From an uncultured Candidatus Binatia bacterium (GTDB taxonomy: Bacteria; Desulfobacterota; Binatia; UBA9968; JAJDTQ01): a stretch of 64,000 bases of DNA. Under the pieces are notes generated by a model. It was not told the DNA's origin. It was given only the letters and a program-made list of their open reading frames with translations, and made no database searches. Below are positions 19,086-29,467 of the stretch, piece by piece. Where the stretch lies: the NCBI GenBank assembly GCA_965213675.1, contig CBDCAF010000018.1, positions 7,840 to 71,839 of the forward strand, written 5' to 3'. Positions within the stretch are counted from its first letter, which is position 1. Every line of letters begins with the position of its first letter. A program made the position numbers and the translations under genes.

Positions 19086-20000
19086 CTAGGGCTCGGTAAT
19101 GCCGATGCGGTCGTATTTCAAGTGGCGGTTGTACCAGTCCACCACCTCGCCGGCGATCTGGTCGAAATAGTCGTTGTAGACGCCGTAGTGGGTAGTCTTT
19201 TTCAGCATGACGAGCTTTTTGGGCTCGCCCGCTTTCTCGTACATGCGGATGGAATGTTCCTCGGGCGTGGTGGCGTCGTTCTCCACGGCGATGAACAGCA
19301 CGCCCCGCGGCGAGATCTTGTGCACGACGTCCTCCGGGCAGTAGTCCAGGATGGCATCGGCGCACTGGAGCGGCATCTGGTTGGGAATCTTGGACGCGAC
19401 TTCCTTCTTGATGTTGGTGGTCTTGCGCTCCGGGGTCTGGACCATGATCTCCTCGCGCGCAGCCACCAGTTCGCCGGCGCCTGTGCGCACCCGCACCCGG
19501 CGATCCTCCTCGATGCGCTTGAGATAGTCGATCCACTCGTATTCCCGGCGCATGGAATGAAGCCAGTCGCGGCCGCGGCACACGCCGAGGTAGCAGACCA
19601 CGCATTTGACCCGGCTGTCGGTGGCGCCCACCAGAACGGCGTTGCCGCCGCCGGTGCCGCCCGAACCGTAGGTGGCGATGCGGTCGGAGTCCACGTCGTC
19701 GCGGGTCTCCATGTAGGTAATGGCATTGCGGATGTCCTCCGCTTGCCAGGTGGGCATGACCCAGCCCTTCTGCGGACCTTCGCTCTGCCCCCAGCCACGA
19801 TAGTCGAAGCACAGGCACGCGTAACCCGCCGCGCACAACCGCTCGAACATCAGGATGTAGTGCTTGGCGTCCTTGAGGCCCAGGAACCCGGGGCCTTGGA
19901 CGATGCCCGGCCAGGGCTGTCCCTGATCGTCGTCCGGCAGGTAGATGGTGCCGTGGACCTTGTAGCCTTCGCTGAAGAAAGTGATGTCCTCTGTTCGCAT
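19086..20000 (-). CDS. Alpha/beta hydrolase (dienelactone-hydrolase-like)
   Basis: Trimmed to MRTEDITFFSEGYKVHGTIYLP. Contains FDYRGWGQSEG and YGSGGTGGGNAVL. Confidence 0.7.
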   Translation of the reverse strand: MRTEDITFFSEGYKVHGTIYLPDDDQGQPWPGIVQGPGFLGLKDAKHYILMFERLCAAGYACLCFDYRGWGQSEGPQKGWVMPTWQAEDIRNAITYMETRDDVDSDRIATYGSGGTGGGNAVLVGATDSRVKCVVCYLGVCRGRDWLHSMRREYEWIDYLKRIEEDRRVRVRTGAGELVAAREEIMVQTPERKTTNIKKEVASKIPNQMPLQCADAILDYCPEDVVHKISPRGVLFIAVENDATTPEEHSIRMYEKAGEPKKLVMLKKTTHYGVYNDYFDQIAGEVVDWYNRHLKYDRIGITEP

Positions 20001-20033
20001 GTGGCTCTCCCCCAAAACCAGTCCCAAGAAGAC

Positions 20034-20093
20034 AGTGTCGCGCGCTGCGAGTTCCCGCGACAAGTTGCGCAGGAATCTACGGGACACGACACT
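20034..20093. repeat. REP-A family hairpin copy
   Basis: agtgtcgcgcgctgcgagttcccgcgacaa...ttgcgcaggaatctacgggacacgacact. The right arm matches the REP-A consensus in reverse. Confidence 0.7.
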
Positions 20094-20186
20094 TGCCGCC
20101 GGTGTTGTTGCCCGGCCTCCGGCCACCCTATTGCGCAGGGTGGCGCTTGCGTGGGCGGTGTTCCAACCCGCCCGCGCCGCAGGCTC

Positions 20187-21176
20187 CTAGGCGCGCACCG
20201 CCGGCAGGACTTCTTTGCCCAGCAGTTCGATTTGCTCGTACCAGTCCGCGTAACGGAACCGGAGGTCATAGACGATGTGGTTGAGGCCGCCCTCTTCGTA
20301 GCGCTGGGTGTCCCGGACGATGTCTTCCGGCGTGCCCGCCAGCAAGAGTCCCTCGATGTCTTCGAGCTTCGAGAAGGTGCCGGACTCGGGCTTCACCCAG
20401 GTCGGCTTCTTGTTGCCCTCGTTGATGAGACCCGGCGCGTTGACCTTGCTCACGGCGGTGTCCTTGTCCCTGGCGATGCTGGTGATGGGGATGGCGCCGG
20501 TGGTGACCATGGGCTTGCCGGCCTTGTCGCACAGGTCGTGCAGGTACTTGATGCACTTGTGGAAAGTGCGCAGCGGGATGCGTCCGGGCATCCAGCCGTC
20601 GCAGTAGTCCACCGCGCGCCGACACGATGCCGGGGTACCGCCGCCATACCAGATGGGAATGGGCGCCAAGGGCGTGGGCTTGAGTTGGACATCCTTGAAG
20701 GAGAAGTAGTCGTCCTCATAGTCGACCGTCTCACCGCTCCACAGGCGCCGCACGAGGTTGGAGTTGACCTTGGCGAGGTTGAAACGGTCCTCCCGAGTGT
20801 TCTTCAGCCCGGCCGCGGCAAATTCGTGCTGGAACGTACCCGCGCCGATGCCCATGATGACCTTGCCTTCAGACAGGACGCTCAGGGCCGCCATGCACTG
20901 GGCCAGGTGAATCGGATGTCTGTGCGAGATCATCGTGCCCGTGCCCAGGGTGAGCTTTTTGCACACCGACGAGATCGCCGACAGGATGGCGACGCACTCG
21001 ATGTGCGTGTTGTCCGTGCCCTCCATGCCGTGGGGCTCGAAGACCAGGTGGTCGCGGACCCAGACGGAGTCGAAACCCAGCGACTCGGCCAGTTTCGATC
21101 CCTCGATGCACTTCTCCACAGATCCTTGATCTCCGAAATGGGGCAACAGCAGTCCGAACTTCAATTGGGTCGCCAT
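20187..21176 (-). CDS. LLM-class flavin-dependent oxidoreductase
   Basis: Trimmed to MATQLKFGLLLPHFG. Contains GFDSVWVRDHLVF and GKVIMGIGAG. Confidence 0.8.
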   Translation of the reverse strand: MATQLKFGLLLPHFGDQGSVEKCIEGSKLAESLGFDSVWVRDHLVFEPHGMEGTDNTHIECVAILSAISSVCKKLTLGTGTMISHRHPIHLAQCMAALSVLSEGKVIMGIGAGTFQHEFAAAGLKNTREDRFNLAKVNSNLVRRLWSGETVDYEDDYFSFKDVQLKPTPLAPIPIWYGGGTPASCRRAVDYCDGWMPGRIPLRTFHKCIKYLHDLCDKAGKPMVTTGAIPITSIARDKDTAVSKVNAPGLINEGNKKPTWVKPESGTFSKLEDIEGLLLAGTPEDIVRDTQRYEEGGLNHIVYDLRFRYADWYEQIELLGKEVLPAVRA

Positions 21177-21453
21177 GCGCAAAACCTCCTTGCGGTCACT
21201 GATGGTAAGATGACTTGGCAGCAGCCGGGGCGGCACCGCGGGACCGTTCCATGATCCGTCGAGTCGCGGGGTTTCCCGAGCGTCGTTCAAGGCTTGATAC
21301 AGCCTGATATAGATAGTCGGCGGTAACGAAGTCTGTCAAGCGCGCGGAGCCGGGCTGGCGTCACGGTCAAGCACGAACAGAAACCGCTGCGCCAAGCACC
21401 AACAGAAACTGGCAGGGCCGACCGGCGTTCGCCCACGCGGCGCAGACACCACA

Positions 21454-22488
21454 CTAGCACTTGTCGTCCGCACTCGAGATCTGGTGCGCGGCCACCGCGG
21501 CGCGGGCTTGGGCGAGGTAGCTTCGGCTTACCGGGATCGTGTGGCCGCCGGTGAGGCGCAGGACGGGGCGCTGATCGCGTTTGCCCCAGCCCTCCACGTG
21601 GTCAAAGGCGATCCAGTGCGAACGATGCACGCGCATGCCCCGGCTCCCGAGCTCTTCGACGGCGTCCGTGAAACGCATGAGAAGCTCGCAGCGACCCGAG
21701 GTGGTGACGACGGTCACGTAGTGGTCGTTCATCGTGAGGTGGATGACGTCCTGGCCGATCTCGGCGGGCAAGCGATCAGCCAGGGCCGATGCGGCGCCGG
21801 CAGGGGCGGTGGCGGAGTGCGCCGGTGCGGGTTGGGGCTTAGTCCGTTCGGTTTCGAGGGCGCCGCGGGCCGGGGAGTCATCCAACGATCCCGCCGCCGT
21901 TTCCTGGACCTTCGCCTCTGCCGCGGCTTCCGAAACTCCCGCAGCCTCCGCAGTCGCCGTCTCGATTTGCTCCAGGCCGTTGGGCTTCACGGGCACACGC
22001 TTGAGGCGTCGGGTCAACAGGCAGTGGACCATGGCGCTGCACAACAGGGTCGAGAACAACACGGAAGCGTAAACCGTGGTCAGGTGGAATTCGGAAAGCT
22101 GCCTGAACGAAACCGTGTCCACGCCATAGATGATGGCGGTGGAGGCTGGGGTGGTCAGGAGGGCGGCTCCAGCGACCGCCAGCGCCACGTGCAGCGGGGA
22201 TCGCCTGCGCGTGAGATAGAGTGTCACCACGTACTCGGCGTGGCACATGAACACGCACAGCGCGGCGCCGAAGCCGGTAAACGCCAAGCGCTGGACCCAA
22301 GGGGCCTCACGGGCCCCCACGGGACAGAGGGTCAGGTAAGCCCCGAGATAGACGGTCATCATGATGGCGACCCGCCCCAGCAGCCAAGGACGCAACGCCT
22401 CGCGATACGCGTACTGCCTTGACGGTCCGCCCGCATCGGTGAGGCGATTGTCCTCAATTGGTGAAGAAATAGTCCCGGAGTTGTCCAT
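21454..22488 (-). CDS. Membrane protein with C-terminal LytTR DNA-binding domain
   Basis: N-terminal TM helices. C-terminal IHLTMNDHYVTVVTTSGRCELLMRFTDAV...VHRSHWI...IPVSRSY. Start codon uncertain. Confidence 0.65.
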   Translation of the reverse strand: MDNSGTISSPIEDNRLTDAGGPSRQYAYREALRPWLLGRVAIMMTVYLGAYLTLCPVGAREAPWVQRLAFTGFGAALCVFMCHAEYVVTLYLTRRRSPLHVALAVAGAALLTTPASTAIIYGVDTVSFRQLSEFHLTTVYASVLFSTLLCSAMVHCLLTRRLKRVPVKPNGLEQIETATAEAAGVSEAAAEAKVQETAAGSLDDSPARGALETERTKPQPAPAHSATAPAGAASALADRLPAEIGQDVIHLTMNDHYVTVVTTSGRCELLMRFTDAVEELGSRGMRVHRSHWIAFDHVEGWGKRDQRPVLRLTGGHTIPVSRSYLAQARAAVAAHQISSADDKC

Positions 22489-22834
22489 GGCGTCGGCACA
22501 CCCTTACGCCCGCTTTGACCTCCGCCGTGGCCAGGGATGCACTCCCCGGCATGAGGCCCGACGCAGGCCGTTTGAAACAGGACGACCGATTGATACAGAC
22601 GTATTTGGTATCCTCCGCCATGTCAACGCGCCGCGTCAACGGTCTGGTGTTTGCGACACGGCCGCCCCTCCAGGATGGCTCCGGCGCTGAAACCCGGATC
22701 ATTCCGCGGGTGCGTTCTTGCAGGTGCATGCGGAAGTCCGGTGTCCTTTGCGTCAGTCCCGGATGCCCCCTTCTGTCATTCCCGCGCTGTGCGTTCTTGT
22801 GGCGTGCCGGGATTTTGTCTAAGTGTCTGAGTCT

Positions 22835-22997
22835 AGGAGCCTGTCGGGTTTGTCGAATCGTAGCGAGAGGCAGAGGGATGGAGGCCAGTTTCGGGCGGAT
22901 TTGAGGACAAGATTGGTAATATTGGACGAAAATCCAACCGGCAATGGACCCATTCCCCTGCCTCGCAGCAGATTCTTGATAAACCCGACAGGCCCCT
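22835..22997. repeat. About 160-bp element with long imperfect inverted arms (about 47 bp each)
   Basis: aggagcctgtcgggtttgtcgaatcgtagcgagaggcagagggatgg (22835-22881) versus the reverse complement of 22950-22997, aggggcctgtcgggtttatcaagaatctgctgcgaggcaggggaatgg. Confidence 0.75.
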
Positions 22998-23032
22998 AGT
23001 GTCGTGTCCCGCAAATTACTGCGATAATTTGC
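22998..23032. repeat. Solo REP-A copy
   Basis: agtgtcgtgtcccgcaaattactgcgataatttgc, differing at 3 positions from the copy at 18798. Confidence 0.8.
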
Positions 23033-23112
23033 CGGTATGGATACGACGCCAGGAAATGCTGAAACATGGCTTTGCGCGGGCCGTCAGCCCAGCGTGGCCC
23101 AGGGAGGAATTC

Positions 23113-24060
23113 ATGAGCGACTTTTACAGCGAATGGCTGAACACCACGGATCGGAACGAGCAGTTTGTCGAAAACGCGCCGCGGGTGGCGCGCCACACCG
23201 AACTGGATTGGGTCCAGACGCGACAGGACGCCAGGGCGGCGTTGATGATCGCGCCCGAGCGAGGCTTTCCCACCGGCGGGAGCATGATGATGCGGGCGGA
23301 GATTCCCGTGGGTTGGCACACCGGGCGTCACAGCCACGGCGAGGAAGCCATCTACGTGGAAAGCGGCACGGGCTTCATGGTGCTGGACGGCAAGCGCTAC
23401 GACTTCGGGCCGGGCACGGTCCTGCACGTGCCCTATCGGTCCGAGCACCAGTTGTTCAACACCGGCGACGTGCCGGTGGGCTACATCTCCGGGCTGGCCT
23501 GGCACCTGGAGGCCTCGATGTACATGGGCCGCATGGATCAGTTCGAGGACTGCGGCGCCAACAATCCGGAGGCGCTGACCGCCATCGGACCGGAAGAGTC
23601 GCAGGACTGGCCGGAAGACGGCCGGCGTATCTCCATGCACCAGGACCAGCACGAGCTTTCGGCCGAGTCCAAGCACGGCGCCACCTACTTCCTCATGGGC
23701 CGCAGCGGCAGCCGCAATGGTTTCAAGGCCACGGCCGCGGCCATCAGTTCCATCTTCGTTGAGTTGCCGCGCTCCAAGAGCCACAGCCACGCGCACCCCG
23801 AGGCATACCTCTACGCGCTCAAAGGGGCGGGCTACTCGGAGATCGGCGGCAAGCAGTACAACTGGGAGCAGGGCGACGCCGTGCACGTGCCGCCCGGCAT
23901 GATGCACCACCAGCACTTCAACCCCAGCGATGGCGAGACCCGTGAGCTCCGCTTCGAGTTCGGCATCCGCTACTGGCTGGTGGATCAGTGGAAGGGCTAC
24001 ACCACCATCGACAAGCACCTGCGCGCCATGTCCATGGACGAGGACGACGAGGACAAGTAG
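23113..24060 (+). CDS. Bicupin-domain protein
   Basis: Trimmed to MSDFYSEWLNT. First cupin HSHGEEAIYVESG...HQLFNTG, second cupin HAHPEAYLYALKG...HHQHFN. Confidence 0.7.
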   Translation: MSDFYSEWLNTTDRNEQFVENAPRVARHTELDWVQTRQDARAALMIAPERGFPTGGSMMMRAEIPVGWHTGRHSHGEEAIYVESGTGFMVLDGKRYDFGPGTVLHVPYRSEHQLFNTGDVPVGYISGLAWHLEASMYMGRMDQFEDCGANNPEALTAIGPEESQDWPEDGRRISMHQDQHELSAESKHGATYFLMGRSGSRNGFKATAAAISSIFVELPRSKSHSHAHPEAYLYALKGAGYSEIGGKQYNWEQGDAVHVPPGMMHHQHFNPSDGETRELRFEFGIRYWLVDQWKGYTTIDKHLRAMSMDEDDEDK

Positions 24061-24130
24061 CCCGGAAGGATTCTCTCCGTGGCGGGCGCGGGTCCGGTGG
24101 GCGCAGGATGACGAACAGGGCGACGTGACG

Positions 24131-24155
24131 GCAGCGGACGGTATCTGTCCGCTGC
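24131..24155. terminator. Hairpin between convergent genes (possible bidirectional terminator, no U-tract)
   Basis: gcagcggac-ggtatct-gtccgctgc, a 9-bp perfect stem. Confidence 0.35.
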
Positions 24156-24184
24156 CTGGACAGGACGAGCGCGCGCGCCAACCA

Positions 24185-26239
24185 TTATTCGCGGATTCCC
24201 GCCAAGTCCAGCAGAAATGCGTATTCCAGGGCGATCTCGCGATAGCGCTTGAAGCGCCCGGACGCGCCGCCGTGCCCGGCTTCCATGTTGGTCTTGAGCA
24301 ACAGGCGGTTGGGGTCGGTCTTGACCGCGCGCAGCTTGGCCACCCATTTGGCAGGCTCCCAGTACTGCACCTGAGAGTCGTGCAGTCCGGTGGTCACGAG
24401 CATGTGGGGGTAGTCCCGGGCCGCGACGTTGTCGTAGGGTGAGTACGACAGTATGTAGTTGTAGAATTCCTTGTCGTTGGGGTTGCCCCACTCGTCGTAC
24501 TCGCCGGTGGTGAGAGGAATGTCGGGGTCCAGCATGGTGGTGACCACATCCACGAACGGCACCTGCGCCACCACGCCCTGGAACAGGTCCGGCCGCAGGT
24601 TCACCACCGCCCCCATCAGCAGGCCGCCGGCGCTTCCACCCATGGCGAACAGCCGCTCCCGCGAGGTATAGCCCTCCGCGATCAGATGCTCGGCGCACGC
24701 GACGAAGTCCGTGAAGGTGTTCTTCTTCCGGAGCAGCCTGCCGTCCTCGTACCACGCCCGCCCCATCTCTTCGCCGCCGCGGATGTGCGCGATGGCGAAG
24801 ACGAAGCCACGGTCGAGCAGGCTCAGGCGCGCCGAGCCGAAGCCGGCGTCCAGGCTGTGGCCGTAGGAGCCGTAGCCGTAGAGCAGCAGCGGCGCGCGGC
24901 CGTCGCGCGCCGTCCCCTTCCGGTACACCAGCGAAATGGGCACCCGGGCGCCGTCCGCGGCGGTGGCGTGAAGCCGCTCGGTGCGGTATTGCCCGCTGTC
25001 GAAACCGCCCAGGACCTCCTCTTGCTTGAGCAGGGTCTTCTCCCGCGTCACCATGTCGTAGTCGTAGATGGAGCTGGGCGTAGTCATGGAGGTGTAGCCG
25101 TAGCGCAGTACCGTGGTGTCGAACTCCGGGTTGACGCTTGTGCCCGCGGCATAGGCGGGCTCGCCGAACTCCAGGTAGTGCTCCTCCGAGCCGTCCCACG
25201 GGATGATGCGGATGCGCATGAGCCCGTCGTGGCGTTCCTCCAGCACCAAGTGGTCCTGGAACACCTCGAAGCCCTCCAGCAACACGTCGGGCCGGTGCGG
25301 AATGACTTCCTTCCAATGGTCCTTGCCGGTGTGGTCCAAGGGCGTGGACACGAGCCGGAAATTGCGGGCTTCGTGATTGGTGTGGATGAAGAAGCGGTCC
25401 TCGAAATGGTCCACGGCGTGTTCGTGTCCCCGCTCCCGCGGCAGGAATACGGTGAACGCGCCGGTGGGGTCGCTGGCGTCGAGGTAGCGGTACTCGTTGC
25501 TCAGGGTCTGCGCGGAGACGATCATCAGGTAGCGCTTGGACTTGGTCTTGAACACGTGGGCCGAGAAGGTGTCGTCGGTTTCTTCGTAAACGAGCACGTC
25601 GTCATCCGGGTCGGTTCCCAGCGCGTGGCGGTAGATGCGGCAGGAGCGCAGGGTCTCGGGGTCCTGCTTGGCGTAGAACAGGGTTCGGTCGTCGTTTGCC
25701 CAGGTGATGTTGCTGGTCACCTCGGGGATGACGTCGGAAAGGGTCGCGCCGGTGGCGAGATCCTTGAATCGGACGGTGTAGATGCGCCGCCCCTGGGTGT
25801 CCTCGGTGTACGCCAGCAGACCCTGGCCGAAGCTCACCGCGATCCTCCCCACCGAGTAGAACTCGTGGCCCTCGGCGAGGACATTCACGTCGAGCATCAT
25901 CTCTTCCGGATTGTCCAGGGACTCGCGCTTGCGCGCATACAGCGGATACTCCTGGCCCTCCTGGAAACGGGTGTAGTAATAGTAGTCGTCCCGCCGGTAG
26001 GGCACCGACATGTCCGTCTGCTTGATGCGCCCCTTGATCTCTTCGAACAGCGCCTCCTCGAGCTCCTGAACGTGGGCCATGGCCGCCGCGGTGTGGGCGT
26101 TTTCCGCTTCCAGGTAGGCCACCGTGTCGGGGTTCTCGCGTTCCCTCAGCCAGTAATAGTCATCGATGCGCACGTGACCGTGATGCTCGAGCCTTTTGGG
26201 AGAAATCTTGGCCGTGGGTGGATTGAGGAAGCGTTCCAT
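24185..26239 (-). CDS. ptrB: Oligopeptidase B (protease II), S9 prolyl-oligopeptidase family
   Basis: Contains DDYYWLRERENPDTVAYLEAENAH and the catalytic Ser motif GGSAGGLL. C-terminal ...EAGHGGASGRF. Confidence 0.9.
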   Translation of the reverse strand: MERFLNPPTAKISPKRLEHHGHVRIDDYYWLRERENPDTVAYLEAENAHTAAAMAHVQELEEALFEEIKGRIKQTDMSVPYRRDDYYYYTRFQEGQEYPLYARKRESLDNPEEMMLDVNVLAEGHEFYSVGRIAVSFGQGLLAYTEDTQGRRIYTVRFKDLATGATLSDVIPEVTSNITWANDDRTLFYAKQDPETLRSCRIYRHALGTDPDDDVLVYEETDDTFSAHVFKTKSKRYLMIVSAQTLSNEYRYLDASDPTGAFTVFLPRERGHEHAVDHFEDRFFIHTNHEARNFRLVSTPLDHTGKDHWKEVIPHRPDVLLEGFEVFQDHLVLEERHDGLMRIRIIPWDGSEEHYLEFGEPAYAAGTSVNPEFDTTVLRYGYTSMTTPSSIYDYDMVTREKTLLKQEEVLGGFDSGQYRTERLHATAADGARVPISLVYRKGTARDGRAPLLLYGYGSYGHSLDAGFGSARLSLLDRGFVFAIAHIRGGEEMGRAWYEDGRLLRKKNTFTDFVACAEHLIAEGYTSRERLFAMGGSAGGLLMGAVVNLRPDLFQGVVAQVPFVDVVTTMLDPDIPLTTGEYDEWGNPNDKEFYNYILSYSPYDNVAARDYPHMLVTTGLHDSQVQYWEPAKWVAKLRAVKTDPNRLLLKTNMEAGHGGASGRFKRYREIALEYAFLLDLAGIRE

Positions 26240-26401
26240 GCCACCACCTTAGCAGAGAATCAGGCGCGCTCACGAACGCGGCTCGGACTCGCATTCCGTT
26301 GCCGAACGCTATAGCCTGTGCGCGAACGAAGGGGTACGAAAAGGGGTACGAAGGGGACGCGTTCGACAAGGACACGAGGGTTTCCGGGCAAGGAGGGCAT
26401 C

Positions 26402-27457
26402 ATGGCGACCAGGGCGGTCAAGGAATTCGAGGTCCATCCCTACGTGCAGTTCATGAGCGACCGGTTCGGTGCGTATGACCGCTGGATCGAGTCCGAGGGG
26501 TTGCCCGTGGTGAGCGGCTCCCATGTCCAGGACGTGCGCCGCATGGAACTGGGCGCGTGGCCGCGCCGGGGCGGCAAGGGCGCTTACCTGTCGTTCTCCG
26601 ACCAGCGCGTGGCCGACGGCTACGTGTGCGAGATCGCGCCGGGTTCGAGCCTCGAGCCCCAACGGCACCTCTTCGAGGAGATCGTGCTCATCACCCAGGG
26701 GCGCGGCGCCACCACGGTATGGTACGACGAGGCGCGCAAGCGCGCCTTCGAGTGGGAGACCGGTAGTCTCTTCGCCATTCCGCTCAATGCCTGGCACCAG
26801 CACTTCAACGCCAGCGGACAGGAACCGGCGCGCTACTTCGCCCTTACGAGCGCCCCGGTGGTGTTCGAGCTCTACCGGGACCCGGATTTCATCTTCAACA
26901 CCGACCATGTCTTCAGGGACCGCTTCGATCCGGCCCAGGAGGACTTCTTCAGTCGTGAAGGAAGGTACAACACCGACTACTACGGCGGCATCCTGGAGAA
27001 CAATTTCATCAGCAATATCCGCGACATCAAGCTGGTCCCGCGGGAGAAGCGCGGCAAGGGCAACCGCAACATGTACATCCACATGGCCGGCAGCACCATG
27101 CTCGCGCATGTCTCCCAGTTCCCGGTGGGAACCTACAAGAAGGCGCACCGCCACGGCCCCGGCGCTCACATCTACATGCTCGACTCCACCGGCTACTCGC
27201 TCATGTGGCAGGAGGGCGAGAAGCCCCAGCGCTTCGACTGGCAGGAAGGCACGGTGATGTCGCCGCCGGCCGGGAGCTGGCACCAGCACTACAACACCGG
27301 CCCGGAGCCCTGTCGGTTCGTGGCGCTGCACGCCTCCACCGCGGTCCAGGGCGAGGAGCGTGGCGTCGAGCAGATCGAGTTCGAGGACGAGGACCGGGCG
27401 TTGCGGCAAATGTACCAGGACGAGTGCGCGCGCAACGGCGTCACGGCGCAGATGTGA
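26402..27457 (+). CDS. Bicupin-domain protein
   Basis: Trimmed to MATRAVKEFEVHPY. Contains QRHLFEEIVLITQG...WHQHFN and AHRHGPGAHIYML...WHQHYN. Confidence 0.7.
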   Translation: MATRAVKEFEVHPYVQFMSDRFGAYDRWIESEGLPVVSGSHVQDVRRMELGAWPRRGGKGAYLSFSDQRVADGYVCEIAPGSSLEPQRHLFEEIVLITQGRGATTVWYDEARKRAFEWETGSLFAIPLNAWHQHFNASGQEPARYFALTSAPVVFELYRDPDFIFNTDHVFRDRFDPAQEDFFSREGRYNTDYYGGILENNFISNIRDIKLVPREKRGKGNRNMYIHMAGSTMLAHVSQFPVGTYKKAHRHGPGAHIYMLDSTGYSLMWQEGEKPQRFDWQEGTVMSPPAGSWHQHYNTGPEPCRFVALHASTAVQGEERGVEQIEFEDEDRALRQMYQDECARNGVTAQM

Positions 27458-27602
27458 CCCGCGCGTGTGACCGCATGGCCGGCGCGGCGCGTGCCGCAAC
27501 GATGTCGCGCGCCGTGTCCTCCACCACGACGCATGTGTCCTACCGGTGACGCCGCCGGTGCGCCGGCGCGGGCCAGACCCGTCAAATGCGAAAGGAGCCG
27601 TC

Positions 27603-28058
27603 ATGAGCGAAGGCACGCCCAGGAGAGCCCGGGCCATGGGCATCAACCACGTGGTGCTGGAGGTAGGGGATCTGGACGAGGCGCTGGAGTTCTACGGCGC
27701 CATCTTCGACTTCAGCCTGCGCGGCCGGAGCGACCGCAACGCCTTCATCGACCTGGGCGACCAGTTCATCCAGTTGAGCTTGGGAAAGACCCAGGAGGCG
27801 GACGGGAAACGCCACTTCGGCTTTGTCGTGGACGACCGCGAGCCGGTGCGCGCCGCCCTCGCCCGCCTCGGGGTGCCGCCCCTGGACCAGCGCCTCAACT
27901 TCCGCGACCCGTGGGGCAACCGCATCGAGGTGGTGCCCTACAATGAAATTCAGTTCTCCAAGGCGCCCCACGTGCTCAGTGGCATGGGCCTCGGCGCATT
28001 GAAGAAGACGTCATCGGCCGCCGCGGAACTTGCAAAGAAGGGCATGGCGCCGGACTGA
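27603..28058 (+). CDS. VOC/glyoxalase-family protein
   Basis: AAGGAG RBS precedes the start. Contains MGINHVVLEVGDLDEALEFY and FRDPWGNRIEVV. Confidence 0.8.
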   Translation: MSEGTPRRARAMGINHVVLEVGDLDEALEFYGAIFDFSLRGRSDRNAFIDLGDQFIQLSLGKTQEADGKRHFGFVVDDREPVRAALARLGVPPLDQRLNFRDPWGNRIEVVPYNEIQFSKAPHVLSGMGLGALKKTSSAAAELAKKGMAPD

Positions 28059-28081
28059 GGCCGGCGCCGCCCTGCGTTCGC

Positions 28082-29119
28082 TCAGGACTGCGGCTTCTTG
28101 AAGCCGGTCAGGATTTGCAGGTACTCCTTGATGTCCGGAGGCATGTTGTTCAGCCCGGTCAGGGCCTCTCGGATGGCCGTGGGCGACACATAGGCGATGT
28201 TGAGGCGCGCCTTTCGGGTCTCCTTGAGGAATTCGGGGTTCTCCATCACCGCTTGGAAGGCCTTCCGCAGGATCGCGACCCGTTCCTTGGGCGTGCCCGG
28301 TGGCAGCGTGTAGACGCGGGTGATGGTGTTCTGCCGGTCCCACGCCTTGAAGGCCTTCGCATGCTGGCCCTTGAGCACGTCGGAGAACAGCGGGACGTCC
28401 TTCACCTCCGGGTCCTGATGACGCTTGGTGATGATGAAGGGAACGAACTTGTTGTCGCCGGTGGCGTCCAGCATGCCCCGCGCGGTGACCCTCATGGACT
28501 CCCACGTCCAGCACGCGCCGTCCACTTCGCCGGACTCCATGGCGAGGCGTATCTTGGAAGTGCCGCCGTAGCCCGGAATGCTCTTGAACTTGGTGCCCAG
28601 TTGCCGGTTCAGGAACAGAAACGGGTCGGTGGTGTTGCCGGGCGCGCGCGTGCCGCCCATGGTGACCTCTCTCCCTGACTTGACGACATCATCCAGGGTC
28701 TTGAGCCCCGACCGCGCCATCAGGCCGCACGTGACCGAGTCCGACGTGGGTGTGCCGATGTACTCGAACTCCTTGGGCTCGATCTGCACCTTTTTGTCGC
28801 CCATGGCGTGGGCGAAGATCAGTGCGGGGCTCCAGACGCCGAGGGTCGCTCCGTCGGGCTTGGCCTTTCTGAATACGAAGTTGGCCGTGATCAGGCTTCC
28901 GGCCCCGGGCAGATTCTGCACAATCGGCGTGGGGTTGCCTGGGATATACTGGCCGATGTGGCGGGCAATGTAGCGGGTATAGGTGTCATAGCCGCCCCCG
29001 GGGGTGAACCCCACCAGCATGCGCAGGTTCTTGCCCTTGTAGAATTCCTCCGCTCCTGCCGCGGCAGATCCCAGTACGAGCGCCAGCACCACGGCCAGTG
29101 ACTTGATCATGCGAGACAT
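28082..29119 (-). CDS. Periplasmic solute-binding protein (Bug/TctC-like)
   Basis: GGAGG RBS. Signal peptide MSRMIKSLAVVLALVLGSAAAGA. Contains GFTPGGGYDTYTR...NLPGAGSLI. Confidence 0.55.
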   Translation of the reverse strand: MSRMIKSLAVVLALVLGSAAAGAEEFYKGKNLRMLVGFTPGGGYDTYTRYIARHIGQYIPGNPTPIVQNLPGAGSLITANFVFRKAKPDGATLGVWSPALIFAHAMGDKKVQIEPKEFEYIGTPTSDSVTCGLMARSGLKTLDDVVKSGREVTMGGTRAPGNTTDPFLFLNRQLGTKFKSIPGYGGTSKIRLAMESGEVDGACWTWESMRVTARGMLDATGDNKFVPFIITKRHQDPEVKDVPLFSDVLKGQHAKAFKAWDRQNTITRVYTLPPGTPKERVAILRKAFQAVMENPEFLKETRKARLNIAYVSPTAIREALTGLNNMPPDIKEYLQILTGFKKPQS

Positions 29120-29467
29120 CGGTAACCTCCTTGAAGTGTTTGGGGTCTTCGGTCGGACAGAACCGGCTACCCGTAACAACACGCCATGGGAGTGTCAACA
29201 CTGGCGAGGCGGTCCAGCGAAGCCTGGCACTCCTCGTGTGCCGCACCTGCTTCACAGACCCACCGATTGGATGGCTATCCAGATGGATTTCGCGCCGAAC
29301 CACGGTCATCCGCTTTCGAACCGACCCAATTTGCACGCCTCGCAACGGCTTGTTAGGTTGCCAGCCATTGGCGGTGCTTCGGCGCCGGGTGCACGGATCC
29401 TCGAACGGGGATCCTCGATGCGGTGAGGCTGGCAGGGACGCAGCCCGCTGGAAAGGAGAACGGAAGG

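Noticed and set aside
26327-26358. Three short repeats CGAA(AA)GGGGTAC in the ptrB/bicupin divergent spacer
   Set aside because: Only three 10-12-bp copies are present, which is too short to separate from chance in GC-rich DNA. It may be a regulator site but is not supportable.
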